A DNA stretch of 64,000 nt from Trichoplax sp. H2 (taxonomy: Eukaryota). Each line of letters begins with the position of its first letter. Within the stretch, counting starts at the first letter, position 1. The stretch covers positions 248,001 to 312,000 of the forward strand of contig NOWV01000025.1 in NCBI GenBank assembly GCA_003344405.1, in the 5' to 3' direction. The translations under genes and the position numbers were made by a program. Below are positions 23,501 to 37,190 of this stretch, piece after piece. A model generated the notes under the pieces. The model did no database searches, was not told the origin of the DNA, and saw only the letters and a program-made list of their open reading frames with translations.

Positions 23501-24310
23501 TTCTGTACCACTGTACATTGCTTTGTGGATCATTAGCTTGGCAATTAAGTATCACCGAGCTGCCAGAGATAGTTAAAACTTCAGCTAACGGCTCTTCGAC
23601 AAATTCTAATGGTAGAGCTAAAAAGAAGGCAATCACAATAGATTAGTACTCAAGTCTAGCGTAAAGGTTCATTGGTCAATTTGATCCAATATTTAGATTA
23701 TAGGGCAATTATATTCTATCTTAGTGAGAATGAAAAGGAATGGGAGACGCAGCGATAGGACTACCAGAAATCCTGTTCATCATCCTAACTATTAGAAACT
23801 TCTCTATTTAGAGACGTATAGATAATCTTTTTCTTTTAATACTAAATATGAAATGATTCCTATGTACAAAAGTAAATGCTATACTATTCATTCCTGAAAG
23901 TTAATGATAAAATGGAAAGATTTTATATATATATGCAGTACTAATTGTAAAGGGTAGTTTACGCATTTTTCTAATTAGTTGATGCCATGGTAGGAATACT
24001 GTTAGAATATGTATTTTAAAAGTTAAATATGTTTGGTAGCTATCAATTAATCTTAATAGATACGAGACAGCGCAAGGAAAGAAGGAAAAGTTCTCACTTT
24101 AAAATCTTCAAAATAATATTAATATTAATAATAAATAATTATGAAGTGATTCATGTAAAATCCAATTCCTTAAAAAGATTAGATCTGTATTTTTACAAAA
24201 ATACAGATTTTAAGCCTACCTGCTAGTGAAGAATGGCAACTGATGATAATCATGATGATGGCATAACAGACGTAAGAAAATGGTCTAATCGCCATTTTAT
24301 TAGCCATCAT
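17515..24310 (-). CDS. CDON/BOC/Ihog-family Ig-FN3 receptor: signal peptide + 4 Ig + S/T-rich linker + 2 FN3 + TM + long disordered tail (~1213 aa, 13 coding exons)
   Basis: Exons (minus strand): 24310-24220 (MMANKMAIRPFSYVCYAIIMIIISCHSSLA), 23617-23348, 22875-22582, 22497-22216, 21688-21413 (4 Ig), 21312-21208 (S/T linker), 21098-20882, 20693-20537, 20411-20171 (2 FN3), 19786-19574 (TM LVIFTVVIAACGIVTIAAIVLIVHVI then KKRHR), 19327-19273, 19105-18947, 18796-17515. Sum 3642 nt, in frame. Ig2 PCFPPSSNPPA..VLSSGSLFIANV..DRGKYKCFAKNPL and FN3 start PVVVPYISHT..IYWT resemble CDON/BOC as recalled (ESxPxA, SGNLQI, YKCAAYNP, PxxGPxI). The 4Ig+linker+2FN3 layout matches Ihog/Boi. IGDCC3/DCC-like is a weaker alternative. 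Confidence 0.85.
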
Positions 24311-24409
24311 AAATAGGCAGATTCAATAATCTTGGCCAAGAAAAAGTTGGTGACGGATACGTTGATGTTGACGAGTCTTTTTCTGTTATTTTAGACCAAT
24401 GATATAGCT

Positions 24410-27400
24410 CTAAATAAATAAAATAATAGATTAGACTGCGTAGTCCATCTATTTATGTTTAAAAATTACCGTTATCTCTCTCTTTTGCTGTCTATCTCTA
24501 TATCAGAAGTCTGCTAGATTAATGGTATCATTTATCATCATAATAAGGTCTAGTATATTTTCTTTCACAAGCTAGACATGAAGAATATTTCCTATTCTTT
24601 ATGTTATTATTTGTATTTATGTACAGGATAGACAAGGCAGTTTTATACAGCTAGTATGCAAAGCAATATAACCAGACGCTATTGATATAATTTATGAGTA
24701 ATTATAGGTATCCATGCCAATAATCAATTCAATTCTCTTTTGCATTAATTAAGAATTGTATGATATGACGCCATAGTTGTGATAACTACTCGGCACAGCT
24801 ATTTGATTTTATGATTTATTAAGTTTTTCTACCAGATTCTTATCGTGCAAATGTAGTATTTCGTCTAGGAATGAAGAAGTGAGATATCTGGCATTACTTT
24901 CTTGATAAATAATCGAATAAGGATTTAGATTGATCTCTGTTTTATCAGAGAGGGAGGAGATGTTTTCATTTTTCTGATTATATTATAGGATGAGGATCAA
25001 GATGAACTTGGAGAGTGTGGCCTATTTCCCATTTCGAAATAGCCAACTCCAACAAAGACAACGGCTGCCATAAATAGGTTGACTGCTAATTCATATGCAA
25101 TTACTATCGAAAATCTAGAATATTCTAACTTAGTGCGTTATTCAACTTATACTCTGGAATAGGGAATAACCACTAGAGGCTTAAGTTACAGCGTAGTCGA
25201 TCACCGTAATATTGTCATTTAAAATAGATGAGTAATTACCTCAAAAATAAATGACTGGTATTTCAATTGCAATCAAAGTAATTAATGATAATGATAATTG
25301 ATATTAATTTTCAATGCAAGTTATCCAACTGTCGCTGTCTCCATCTCATGTAATAAGAATTGATAGAGTATAATTTAATAGCTAAAGAGTAAATAATGTC
25401 ACTGACTGGCTAAGATCCAATCCTGATTACTATTGTCAGATCAATCATGGCAGCAAGGTTGTATTACCAAAATCATCCAGGCTGACATCGTACATAAATA
25501 AAGATTAATTGTCTTCAAGTATTTGTATTAAAGTCTGATAGGGTGTTTATTGAAACTAATTTACTTGAAATTAGAGTACATAGAAGATGAATTCAGCAAA
25601 AATTGACTGTTATTAATTCTATGTAGTTAGATTAATGGTAATATCTTACTGTATCATGATAATTGGTAACGTCCCGTTTTTTAATCGGTTTATATAAATA
25701 TTAGCCCCAAATGTAACTTGATCTTATATTATAAACTGGAAAAATTGAAGATTATCGTTGATAAAGGAATCCACATATAGTTAAGTAAAAGATATAATGT
25801 TGAACTAAGAGTATATATTATTTTAATATTACACTTTAAGACCTTATTTCAGCCCAATTTATTTCATATTATAGGTAGTATATTAATTTAGAAATTCATC
25901 TAAGTAATATAGGCTTTCTTGCTAAACTGTGATGATTGGTCACTATTATACTTTAGTTCCTATTTTAACCAAATTTCATTCTAACTACGATTAATTTAAA
26001 TCAAGTACTGCCGTAGCTTTATATAGATTTACGCTTCGATGTTGATTACTGGTTATCCATCACAGAGGTTAATGGAAGCAAATTTAAGTGTCTCATAAGA
26101 CTCGGCAGATAGTAAGACAGGGATAGAGTATTAAAATAAGTGCTGAGTAAATCTCATATCATTGCGTAAATCTTCCTTAATATATAGCTCGATAGTTAAA
26201 AACTTTAATAAAAAATGTTAAAACTCAATCATATTTCTAGTATATTATTTATTAGTTTGTTTTGGAGTAGAATTGGAGGATGATTAGTCATTCATGATAG
26301 CAAAAGGATGAAAAGCATTTATTGGTTGGGATTATCATCTGTTACGTTTGCTACTTTACTCTATTTACTAGTATAAGTTCAATGGTGTAAAATTATCATC
26401 TGCTCAATGCTATCCTTTAACAGGCGGATATTTTGTGAAGGCATATAATTTTTACGACTCTTATATTATTTAATTTTTCAAATCGGATTGGACAAGTTAA
26501 AGTTCTGTAAACAACAGAAAGGAATTTATTTTGAAAGTAACATTATCGACAGTATCTTAATGAATGTAGTATATTAACTAAATTGAACTTTCGATGATAA
26601 ATTTACGCTATTACTAGTATACCCACACAAGAAGTTTTTATATCATATCGATTCCTCCTTTCCAGTCTTGATTAATATGCTACTTTTACAGTTGCTGCAA
26701 GCTGAATAGTGTTACTGTAGTCGAAAAGATTCTGATGTACGATAATTAGTTAGATGACCCTTTGCATCAATTTAAATTATAATGTAGATTTTCCTCGAAT
26801 TTATGCTTCCTATTGCCTATTCTATACGAATCTTCTCTCGCCAAATGGATGAGTTCAAGATATTAAAAGTACTTGTACATGCATCTTAATGTTGCAGAAT
26901 TTCTGTCTAGTAAGGTTAAATTAAATCCAGTATTGGTTCTTAAATGAATAAGCTTATAGAATGTCAATATTATGAAAGATTGTTGGAATAATAGCTATTA
27001 CTTTTTACTTTTAGTACTTATATTGCTGGTATATTTGTTTCATAGATGATTCAAATGATTATTCCATAAATCGCTCAATCACAAAACTAGGCTTATACAT
27101 AATTTCTATCGTTAAAATCTCTATGCTTTCATATTTAGTGTAACAGTGAATTATTGAGATTTTGAAATCATATTGATTTTATACAGCTTCGATCTCGCAA
27201 TATTGAAGTTTATTCTAGTGCAGGCTTTCACCACTAAGCTAAAAGATGTCTTCTAAATAAAATATAACCCTGTTTACTCTTTCTTACTATCCATATTGCA
27301 TATATTCATATATTGATTGTTTAGTTTAAGTTATAGAGCTTTAATTTCGCTCTTTACATACCGGTAATTCATTATGGTCAGCATTAGCGAACAAATAAAT

Positions 27401-29894
27401 AAAATAAATTATTCTTTTTGGCATCGTAAGGTATCGAACAAAGTTAACGTGGTTAATATCAGAATTTGCAGTCAATGGAAGCCCAAAGAATAACAGCTTG
27501 ATCTCCCTTCTCCTAAAAACCGATTCCTCTATTCCATTTGATTAGACTATTATGACAATTGATTGTGCTTTAAAAATGTATTAGGAATAACAGGAAGGAA
27601 CTGATCTACTGATGTGAATATTAGCGAAATAGGATACTAATGATATTGTAGTGTAATAATAGCTAATTTGATTGCTTCGCTATCGTATTCTTTTAATAAG
27701 TTATAGGTATTTATTTTGGATTATTTCATGATTGAATGGCTGATGTTGTAATAGAATCTTGATTTTCCGATTTTTGCTTGTTTGCTTGATGTTAAAAAGG
27801 ATCATTATTGACTTTGAGAGGTGTGCGAATCAATTCGATGGCGTAAAAAAATGGCATAAAATGAAATTATTACTCTACGTATACCTCAGTTATCAATAAG
27901 AAAAAAATGGATTAGATGTGTTCAAGCTATCAAATTAGTTAACGCATCAATAATAAGCTGATGTATTAGCTAGGCTGATTACTGAAATAGATCAATGAAT
28001 GGAAGAAAAAAAAATTAATATGCACTGTCAGAGTGATAGCAAGAGTGGACAAATTCAATCTATACGTTGATGATCTAATCATTATAGTTATGCCACTTAA
28101 TAAGATAAATAAGAACTTAATATGGATAAACTAAATAGGCATAAAATTATATATCGAATAAAAAATTAGTAGCCACTGTCTGAATGATGACAAGAGCGGA
28201 AAATTTAATCTAGACGTTGGTAACCTGATATTCTAGCTATGGTAGTTAATGAGATGGATAAATAAAATAGGCGTAAAATATATATCGGATAAAAAATTAA
28301 TATGCACCGTCAGAATGATGACAAGAATGAATAAATCCAATCTAGACGTTGATGACCTAATCATTCTAGCTGTGATAGTTGATAAGATGGATAAATATTA
28401 AATAAGGATAAATCAAACATGGTAAATTTATATCCCCTTTTTAATAGTGATCATCGTGGCCCAAGTATTGAATAATTTAATATCTAAAGAATGACGGAGG
28501 CGCTTTAAATCACAGTTTTTAATAGCTAAAATGGTAAATACGTGCAAAGAAATTTTAATATTGGAAATATGGTAAGTATGAGCCTTGATTACTTTGTAGG
28601 TATAAAATAACTTGCAAATTTAGAATGCGCAATTCTTTACTGTGTTAGACATTGTAAGTTACTACATATAAATCCTAACACCGTCTATTAATGGCCAGAG
28701 TATCGATTTTAATAGAGAATTCCATCCTTGATAGTTGCAGTATGATGGTTTTTGGAATCAATTGGTGATGAGAAAAAGATTAAGGGAGTAAGAGAGTTAC
28801 ATCAACGAAATTTATCGGGTTATTCAATAATAGTATCATCATCGATCGCTCGATGATTTAATATTTAAAATGCAAGCATAGATGAGATGAATAATATTGT
28901 TCATTTCTTGAAAGAAGAATAAAACTGATTTCTGTGTGGCATTTGTAGCATTTTAATTTACAGCAATGTGAAGGAATTGTACCTATTATACCGATGACTG
29001 ATTGATTCTTGTCGTAATATTTTTCTCTCTTTTCCACAAATATTAAAGGTCAATCTAATTTACAAAGTAATAAGGCAAGCATAATGTAGGCGTATAGACG
29101 CCTGTTCTATTTCTGATTATTTTGTACAGATAGCAATGGAGAACAGTTCTAATTTACTCATAGATCGATAATGAGTTATTTTAAGCGATCATGTTGACAG
29201 CCAAATCTTAAGCTATCACCGTTCACCATTTTTATTACTTTAGATAGGTCCATATTTTGCCTACTGTGGTCAGAAATAGGATTATAGGATGAGACAATGC
29301 TAGGCATTTTATTTTACTGTGATTTAGGTAAATAATCGCGTAGGAAAAAGTTGTGAAAACTAAAACAGATTCATATCCCTAACTTTCTTCTCCTAGCGTC
29401 TATTTGATAGCATAAACAACTGCCAGTTGTATCCATCAATGATTATGATATTAATGGGTTGATATCCCTTTTCGTATTTTTAATCTTATTTAGAGAGATT
29501 AAAGCTTGATAATTTTTTTGCGTTATGCTAGAAATTAAATGATGAACTAGAATCGAGAATAATAATTAAGTGGTCGACTTGATCCGTATTCTACTGTGGA
29601 GCAAAAATTCAGACGTAACTTAGCATTAACGTACAGACGTTATACAGCTATTAAATGATCATTGTGAATTTAATCGTTAGTATGGGATATTGAGCGAACA
29701 TGAATAGTACTAATAATAAGCGTTATCGTATACCGAGTAGCGAAAAATTCTACCGGAAGGCTTTTAAAGGAATTTGAAAATTTTTCGATGTAAAAGATGA
29801 TGATACTAGAGGAAGCAATGGCATTGGGGAAAAAAATTGGGATTGCAAGCAAAGGAGTTGATCATCAGCTCGATACAATCAGGATGAAACTTAC
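24410..29894 (-). other. Probable 5'-UTR intron of the CDON/BOC-like gene
   Basis: Minus-strand acceptor TTTATTTAG| just upstream of the ATG exon (exon starts 24409) and strong minus-strand donor CAAAAG|GTAAGT at 29894. Pairing of the two sites is inferred. Confidence 0.35.
28010..28420. repeat. Degenerate tandem repeat, 3 units of ~130-150 bp
   Basis: AAAAATTA(A/G)TA..CAC(T/C)GTC.GA.TGAT..CAAGA..AATCTA.ACGTTG recurs at ~28010, ~28160 and ~28291. Confidence 0.85.
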
Positions 29895-31299
29895 CTTTTG
29901 CAGATCGCTGACTTTGACTGAAAATACAAGTAATTTGGATTATTAGATAGCGACCCCAAAGATTTCAGGAAAGCTACCAATTCAAATGGTTGGCTTGATT
30001 AATAAATATATTTATACATGATTTTTTCAGCTATCTTTAAGGCAGAATAGAGTCGGCGAAGAAAAGACGTTTTCTTCGCGATAAATGCGTGATAAGGCTT
30101 GTAAAATTGTCACTTATTTAGAGTCGATCAATGTAGGGAAATAGGTTGCTAAACTGCTTCACCATGCCAAGACCACGATTATAATCGCGATGATTTTCTT
30201 TCTTTGTTAAGTTACAATTTTTCTTCTTGCGTAGTAATTGAATGTTGCTAAGATATCAAGGTAAAGTCTTTCTTTCCTCCTTTCAATTCCAGACAGCAAG
30301 TAGTTGAATGTCTGTCTTTTCTCTTTTGATGATCCCCCTTGTCTTGTTGGAACTTTCTCTCTCTCTCTCTATTCTATCCAATTGGTTCTAGTATTGAAGT
30401 CGTGAAATAGTATAATTGCTGTCCTAGTCGTCCTTTTAGTATACTATAAAATAGAGACAATGATCAATTTTGTTTGTCATTAATACTAGTTTTTCTATCG
30501 ATACAAAAGGCGTACAAGATGAACAATTCTCTCTAGGTCATGATCGAATTGAGTATCTATCAATTCAACTGATGTAAGAATCCAGTTGGTCATATACAAT
30601 AAGAGGATAGAGAAGGATGAAAATAATTGACATATTTCTTCTATTCAACTTTGGTCATGCTATTTTATAATGTCAATATTCAAATGGGCAAGATAATAAC
30701 CGGTTGAATTGGACAACAGGTTGGTAAATTCCACGCATTGTCAATAGAATTGAAGGGAGATAGATAAAATGTCAACAGAATGATTCATTTACCTCTATTG
30801 GTAGAAGCTTGGATTAATTATTCTATGAATAGGCTATGGCACGTAAAGAGAAGAATAGTTCAACGAGTCTATTAGAATTGGATGTTATTTACCTAAACTA
30901 TTTGGATCGCTAATCGAATTCAATAGGCATTCCTTTCTTTTCTTATCTAGTCAAGATAATGCTATCTAAGGTGGAGTATACAGCTGATAGACAAAAGGAT
31001 CAAAATGACAAAAGAAATCAAGATAAAAAGGATAGATAATGGTAAAATAATTATCCTAGTCAGTCGATTAAGCAAAGTAGAAAACTTGATGAAACATGTT
31101 GTGATTATGTATTAATGCCACGTCAATCAAGTGTGATTTCTTTCATGAAATAATGATTCTATTTTTCTATCATCATCAACACTTCATCAATCATGGCACG
31201 CGTGGTGCTAGATTAATATCAGATTACTTTGTCTCGTGGTTGGTTAATTTTAGCGTTGATGTAGTAAGTACAGAATTAATCAACCTTATTATTGAGCTT

Positions 31300-33100
31300 T
31301 CTGCATAATTGTACTGCAATTAAAATTGAGTACACGTAGAAAATGGAGTAGATGATCGTTTAATTCTACTTGTTTACGGCATAATTGGAGTTGGATAGAA
31401 TGGAGTGATATGGATCATTCTACAGTAACATCTGTTTATTCGTATTTTGTTATTAAATGTGAACACTTATCATAAAATAGGTAGACATTGATATAATGGA
31501 GTTCCTGAAGATTCAACTATAATTCAAGTTGAGTATAGGTAGAGGAAGAAATGGGCAAGATGGTCAAATTCCACATGTTTATCGTGTCATAATTGAGGTT
31601 GATTATAAGTATGTAGATAGACATTGATGTTGAAATTCCTCTGTAATTCAATGAGTATGAGCAGAGGAAAAAATGACTGTCACGGTCAAATTTTACATGT
31701 TTATAATAATATAATTGGAGTTGAATATAGTATAAAGTTTGTAGACATTGATGCTATAATAGAGTTCCTTAAGATTCTACTGTAATTCAAGTTGAGTATG
31801 GGTAGAGAAAGAAATGGGTGAGACGGTCAAATTCCAAATGTTTGTAGTATAATAATTAGAGCTAAATATGAAGTATGTAGACATGGATGTAATGATAGAT
31901 TTCCTTTACATTCTACAGTAATTCAAGTTGAGTATACTGTAGATAGAGGAAGAAATGGGTGAAATTCCACATGTTTATAGTGTAATAATTAATTAGAGTT
32001 GAATAGAATCTTGTGGTATGGATCATGCTGGTATAGAGTTGTGCATGCTGACTGATTCAGTTCTGCATGATTCTGCAGTAATTAAATTGGAGTACTTGTC
32101 AAAGAAGGAATTGATAAGGATGAGTGGTTCGATCCTTCATACTGTGTTTATAGCTTTGTCGCAGCTGAGAGTAATCTAGTCATGGATCATTCTACAAGAC
32201 TACTTCTCAAGTTTACTCACATAATATTATCGATGTTAGGGTATAATAAACACGTCGACGTTATAACGTGATTACAATAGAGTGCTGTTAAAAGTGATCG
32301 ATAATATGGCTTATTTCCATATGTTTATACAGCTATTCAAGTTGAGAATAATAAAGGGATTGGCGATATGTTTGAATTCTCTATACCAATGATGATATCT
32401 AAGGTTGCATGTACTGTGGTAACAGAATTAACTAAACTATTGTAGAGTTTCACGTTATGCACGTAGTGCCATATTAGAGCTAAATATAAATAAAGAAATA
32501 TCGATGATAAAAGATTTAGGATAGTGTTATGGAGTTCTCATTCCAGTATTGCTAAGAATGGGTATTTACTTATTACCATATAATCAAAATCTAGATGTTT
32601 GTAGTACTAGTAAAATTAAGTAGAAAGGGATCGATGAAATATAGAGTTGTAAATGACTATGCATGTAGTAAAATATTAGAACTAAATACGCCTTGTGAAT
32701 AAAGAAATGATGATAAAGAGATTAAGGATAATATTGTGGAGTTCCTCATTCTAGCATCCCTACTGATGTTGAGAATAATGTAAAGATTGATGATGCAGTC
32801 AAATTCAAGATGTTTATAGCACTAATAAAATTGAACTGTCAGAGAGCGATGAAATGGTTGAATTCTATAGGACCGTGCATGTTGTGAAATATAACAGCTC
32901 AATATCAATAAAGGAATGATGATCGATTCCGACAAATCCACATCCTAACAGGTCTATTAATATTGAGCCTAACAAAGATGGATGATATGTTTTACACTTC
33001 CACATCCTAATAGCGTTACTAATGCTGTGCATAATACAGATTGATTGTACTGTCATCGAGTTCCTTACGACGCTAGTAATATTCAATAAAATAAAAGAAG
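31300..33100. repeat. Long degenerate tandem array (~130-150-bp higher-order units built from ~45-bp subunits)
   Basis: Recurring AATTCCACATGTTTAT, TAATT(A/G)GAGTTGAATA, GTAGACATTGAT and AATTCAAGTTGAGTAT motifs; best conserved 31480-32000. Confidence 0.8.
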
Positions 33101-35249
33101 TTGATGATATAGCGAATTAAGTTGTACAAAGTTATAGCATGATTATGATATGAAGTAGGATAAAAGGATTGATCTTGCTATATCTATTTTCATGGGTAAT
33201 AGAGCGAACGAAATAATTAACAATAAGTGATCATTAATGCTCCTTCATGCTAACGATTTTCAATCATCAAAAGATATGGTTACGTGATGATAATATAGAA
33301 GAATAAATTTTATTAAACGAGGACATTATTTTGTTAACTTAGGAGAAGATGCATTTTTGTTTATACTGATATGTAGAATACTTTTATTCTTTGTGCATGT
33401 AGTTGTGCTCAAAAAGTAAATTAATGCGGGCCTATATATTATAATAGGTAATAAATCAATGTAAGGAATATCGTTACCCATATAGATATGATTGTCATTA
33501 ATATATAAAATTGATTGCGTCGTATGAAAAATATCCCCTATTTGCATAAACAACCATCAAGAAGGAAATTAAATGTTTATGACCATTTGATATATAAATC
33601 TTTAAACTATGCGAGTATAAGAACAGAGTATATCAGAAATTAATCATTTATAATCATGAAGCTTGAACGGATAATAGATTAAAAGCATCACAACAGCAAT
33701 GGCAACAATCATATACCAAGCTAAAAGGTGATAAAATCATTTATAAGAAAGTGAGGGCTTATAATCTTATGCTTTATTTGCAGTCAACAATCTTGCTGTA
33801 TTTCTTACCCATATTCCTCTGTTATAACAGTATAATGAAGACAACAAAGAGATGAAATAGGTAAATATGAAAACATCAAGAAATCGATTGTAAATTCATA
33901 AGGAAGGAATCGCTTTGAAGGGATGGATTAATATATTCTGTATTAAATTTTTACTGTCAGATATTTTAGTGATCCAAGTCAGTCTGATCTTATTCGATAT
34001 TGCTGATGATGAAGAAAGGTGTAGGGATAAAATGACAGCATGTAGAAAGACTATTTGAGGAAAAAGAATATTGGCAGTAACAAAGTGATATTGGATTACA
34101 TGATACCAATAAATATGAAATACCGTTCGTTCATTGTAATGGACAATATTGTAGACAAGTGGATTTTTAGTTGCTTAATATTGAAAATTTAGATACTATT
34201 CAACCTGGATGCTAGTTTCAATGGCTTCTCCAAAATAAATGAATGCATAATTACGAATCAGTAAGTAACAATAAAGTTACGTAAAAGGAATTACGCTTAG
34301 CTACCCATTCAGAGATCGATTTCATCATTAATGCTTAATTAAGCCATGTATCCACTTTAAGAAATAATTACAAATGCAATAAGTCATCATTAAAAACTGA
34401 ACGATCACCGATCAATGTTTGTGAAATTAGAAGAATGTGTAAAGAGTAAAAGACGGTTAAGGAAATGTTCCTTTGCATAATGGAGCTATATCAATCTATT
34501 CTTGAATAGCCATGAATCTTTTTGATCCTACTGATCATTGCTCTATAAATGGTAGACCATTACCTCTATTACGACCCTTTGTACAATGTTGCAATTCACT
34601 TTTAGATTTGGGATACTGTTACGCGATGGGAATAATCCTAACTTACAACAAAGGTTGAGAGTGTGTTTTGGAATCGATACTACTGTCAATTGGAATACCA
34701 ATCAGTTGATATTCCTATGCAGATAGAACTAAAATTGAGCAGAGTGAGGTCTCCAATCTATCTAGAAAATTAAAATCCAATTTAGAGTCGGTGAAGCCAC
34801 AGTTTATATAGGTTTAGGTACATAATATTGGCTTAACTTAATCGGTCATATTGTCTTTTAAAAATGAACCAAGCTAATACTCTAAAGAGTCTCCATTTGT
34901 ACGGATTATAATCCTATTAAATTGACTATGCAAAATTAAATTGATCTAATTTTTTATCGTTAAAGACGTAACTTAATGGGATTTAGGTGCCTAAAATCGA
35001 TTTAACCAGAGCAGTCACTTAGTCTGTAAGAAATGAATTAAATTAAAGCTGTAAAGAATCTCCATTGGTACGGATTAAACGCAGTCTAATCATATCAAAA
35101 TTACTGCGCTAATATTAAATTAATCCATTCATAATCGCAGTTTAACAAACATAGGTTAGGCTATCCTACTAAGCTATTTCATGTAAACTTAGAAATTGTA
35201 CTTTCAACCTTAATATCATTCGAAGTGATAGATACAATCTGGTTTAACG

Positions 35250-35600
35250 TATTAGCAATGACTATTTTAGTCTATTTAATCCTAAATTGATGATTGCCAA
35301 CGTATCATCTCTTGAAGTCTAAAGCTACAATTAAGGAGACCGTAAACGTTAATGCAATCTAGATAGACTTATAGGCAATACTGCTTTAGTCTATTTAATC
35401 CTAAATTAACGATTACTAATGTATCAATTGTCAAGCTCTAAAGCCAAAATTAAGAAGACAGTAACATTAATACAGTCTAGTTAAACTAGTTGGCAATGAA
35501 TATTTTAGTATACATTATCTCAAATTAACGATTGCTAGTGTATAACATATATAACTATCAAGCACTAAAGTCATAATTAAGGAGAACTTAAACATTACTG
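35250..35600. repeat. Degenerate ~120-bp tandem repeat (3 units)
   Basis: TTTAGTCTATTTAATCCTAAATT..(C/T)GATT(G/A)C..A.GTATC at ~35265, ~35385 and ~35503. Confidence 0.8.
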
Positions 35601-36569
35601 GCATAGAAGCATATATTGAAACTAATATGGAATTAATATACACATCACGAAAATCTACTTTGATAACAGATACAAATTCCATTAAGGAATGATTAAAAAA
35701 TGAGCGATAGCAGATTAAAATTGATAACAAATACGAATACATGAAAGGAGACAGTCGATTGAGGAATACTAACATTGCCAATAGATATAATGATCCATCA
35801 GCTAGGAATAAGTTCGCTATTACTCTAAATTCGTACCGTACTTAGTCAGAGCTTCCAATGGTAACATTGATCTTCGTATGGAATGTCTTTTGCTTCTGTA
35901 TATTAGATTAATGCGATGCTAAGTTTGTTAATAATTTGTTGTAAGTAGTTACTAATTCATGTTGATATACTTTCCATGCAATGCTCTTTGCCTTTATAGG
36001 CCACACTAGCGTCATGATAATCGAATACTAACTTAGCGTGATTAATAATTGATCAATATTTGTATTCCCTCAATACAATGTCCTATGCATTCATAGGACA
36101 GAGCGAGGATAATAGTAATCTAGAATCGAATTCGTAGCAAATAATAACTAACCCATGTTGACTATGCAAGATTCTCTCAATCGATAAATCAGTGCAAAGT
36201 AATGATAACTAACTAGTAATAATATTAATAGATCACATTAGATCTTCATTACATAGGATCGCGTCTGTATTTAAAAATCAGAATAAAATAATTACAGCTT
36301 ACTGTTTGTTTATGGAAAAAAAGTCATTTAATTATTGTTGATATATCTATATAAAAGATTTCCTGCATTTCTAGTCATGATAGTGATTAATAAGAAACTA
36401 GAATTCACGCTCGTTAAACTTTACGAACTGCATACACTTATAATTTTACTTTATAATTTGTCTAAGTTACTGAGTATATTATATGTATAGGACTGCCATA
36501 ACATGATATCTTTACATTATAAATTTATCAACAGTAATCGATTACCATGGATTCTTTTCCCAGGAAATA

Positions 36570-37190
36570 TTTTCTGAATTGATAGATCATAGTTAAGTGA
36601 AGAATGGTCCATATTTCTTAGCGATTTTTTTAATTACTTATTTGCTTATTCAGTCTTAAATTGATAGGTCAGAACCTCGCAAGAACTTCTATCTCTTAGT
36701 GATTTTTCGAAATATCAATTGCTCTAATTGTTCGTTATTCATTCTTAAATTGATCAGTCAGAGTGACGCAAAAATTCATGAGTCTCGCAGTAATTTATAT
36801 TCCTTGGTGGTTTTTCAAAATATTTATTGCTCTAATGTTTACTAATTTATTCTTAAATTTGTATGCCAAAATCAGGCAAGAATCCATATTTTTTTGGTGA
36901 TTTTTTCAAATATAAATTGCCCAAATTTTTGCTTAACTTATTTCTAAGTTGATAGGTCAAAGAAACACAAGAATACATATCTTTTGTAATTTTCGAAATA
37001 TCAACTGCTCCAATGTTTGTATAATTCATTCTTCAATGAATCGATCAGTCCACGCAATAGCTCATGTCCCTTGGTGATTTTTCAAAAATATTAATTGCTC
37101 TAATACGGTACTTGCTGATTTATTCTTAGAGTTATAGGTCAGAGTAATGCAATATTTCGTTCTGGTGATGTTTTATGAAATATTAATTAT
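36570..37190. repeat. Degenerate ~85-105-bp tandem repeat (~6-7 units)
   Basis: GATTTTT(T)C.AAATAT.AATTGCTCTAAT..TTATTCTTAAATTGATAGGTCAGA..CAAGAA recurs regularly. Confidence 0.85.
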
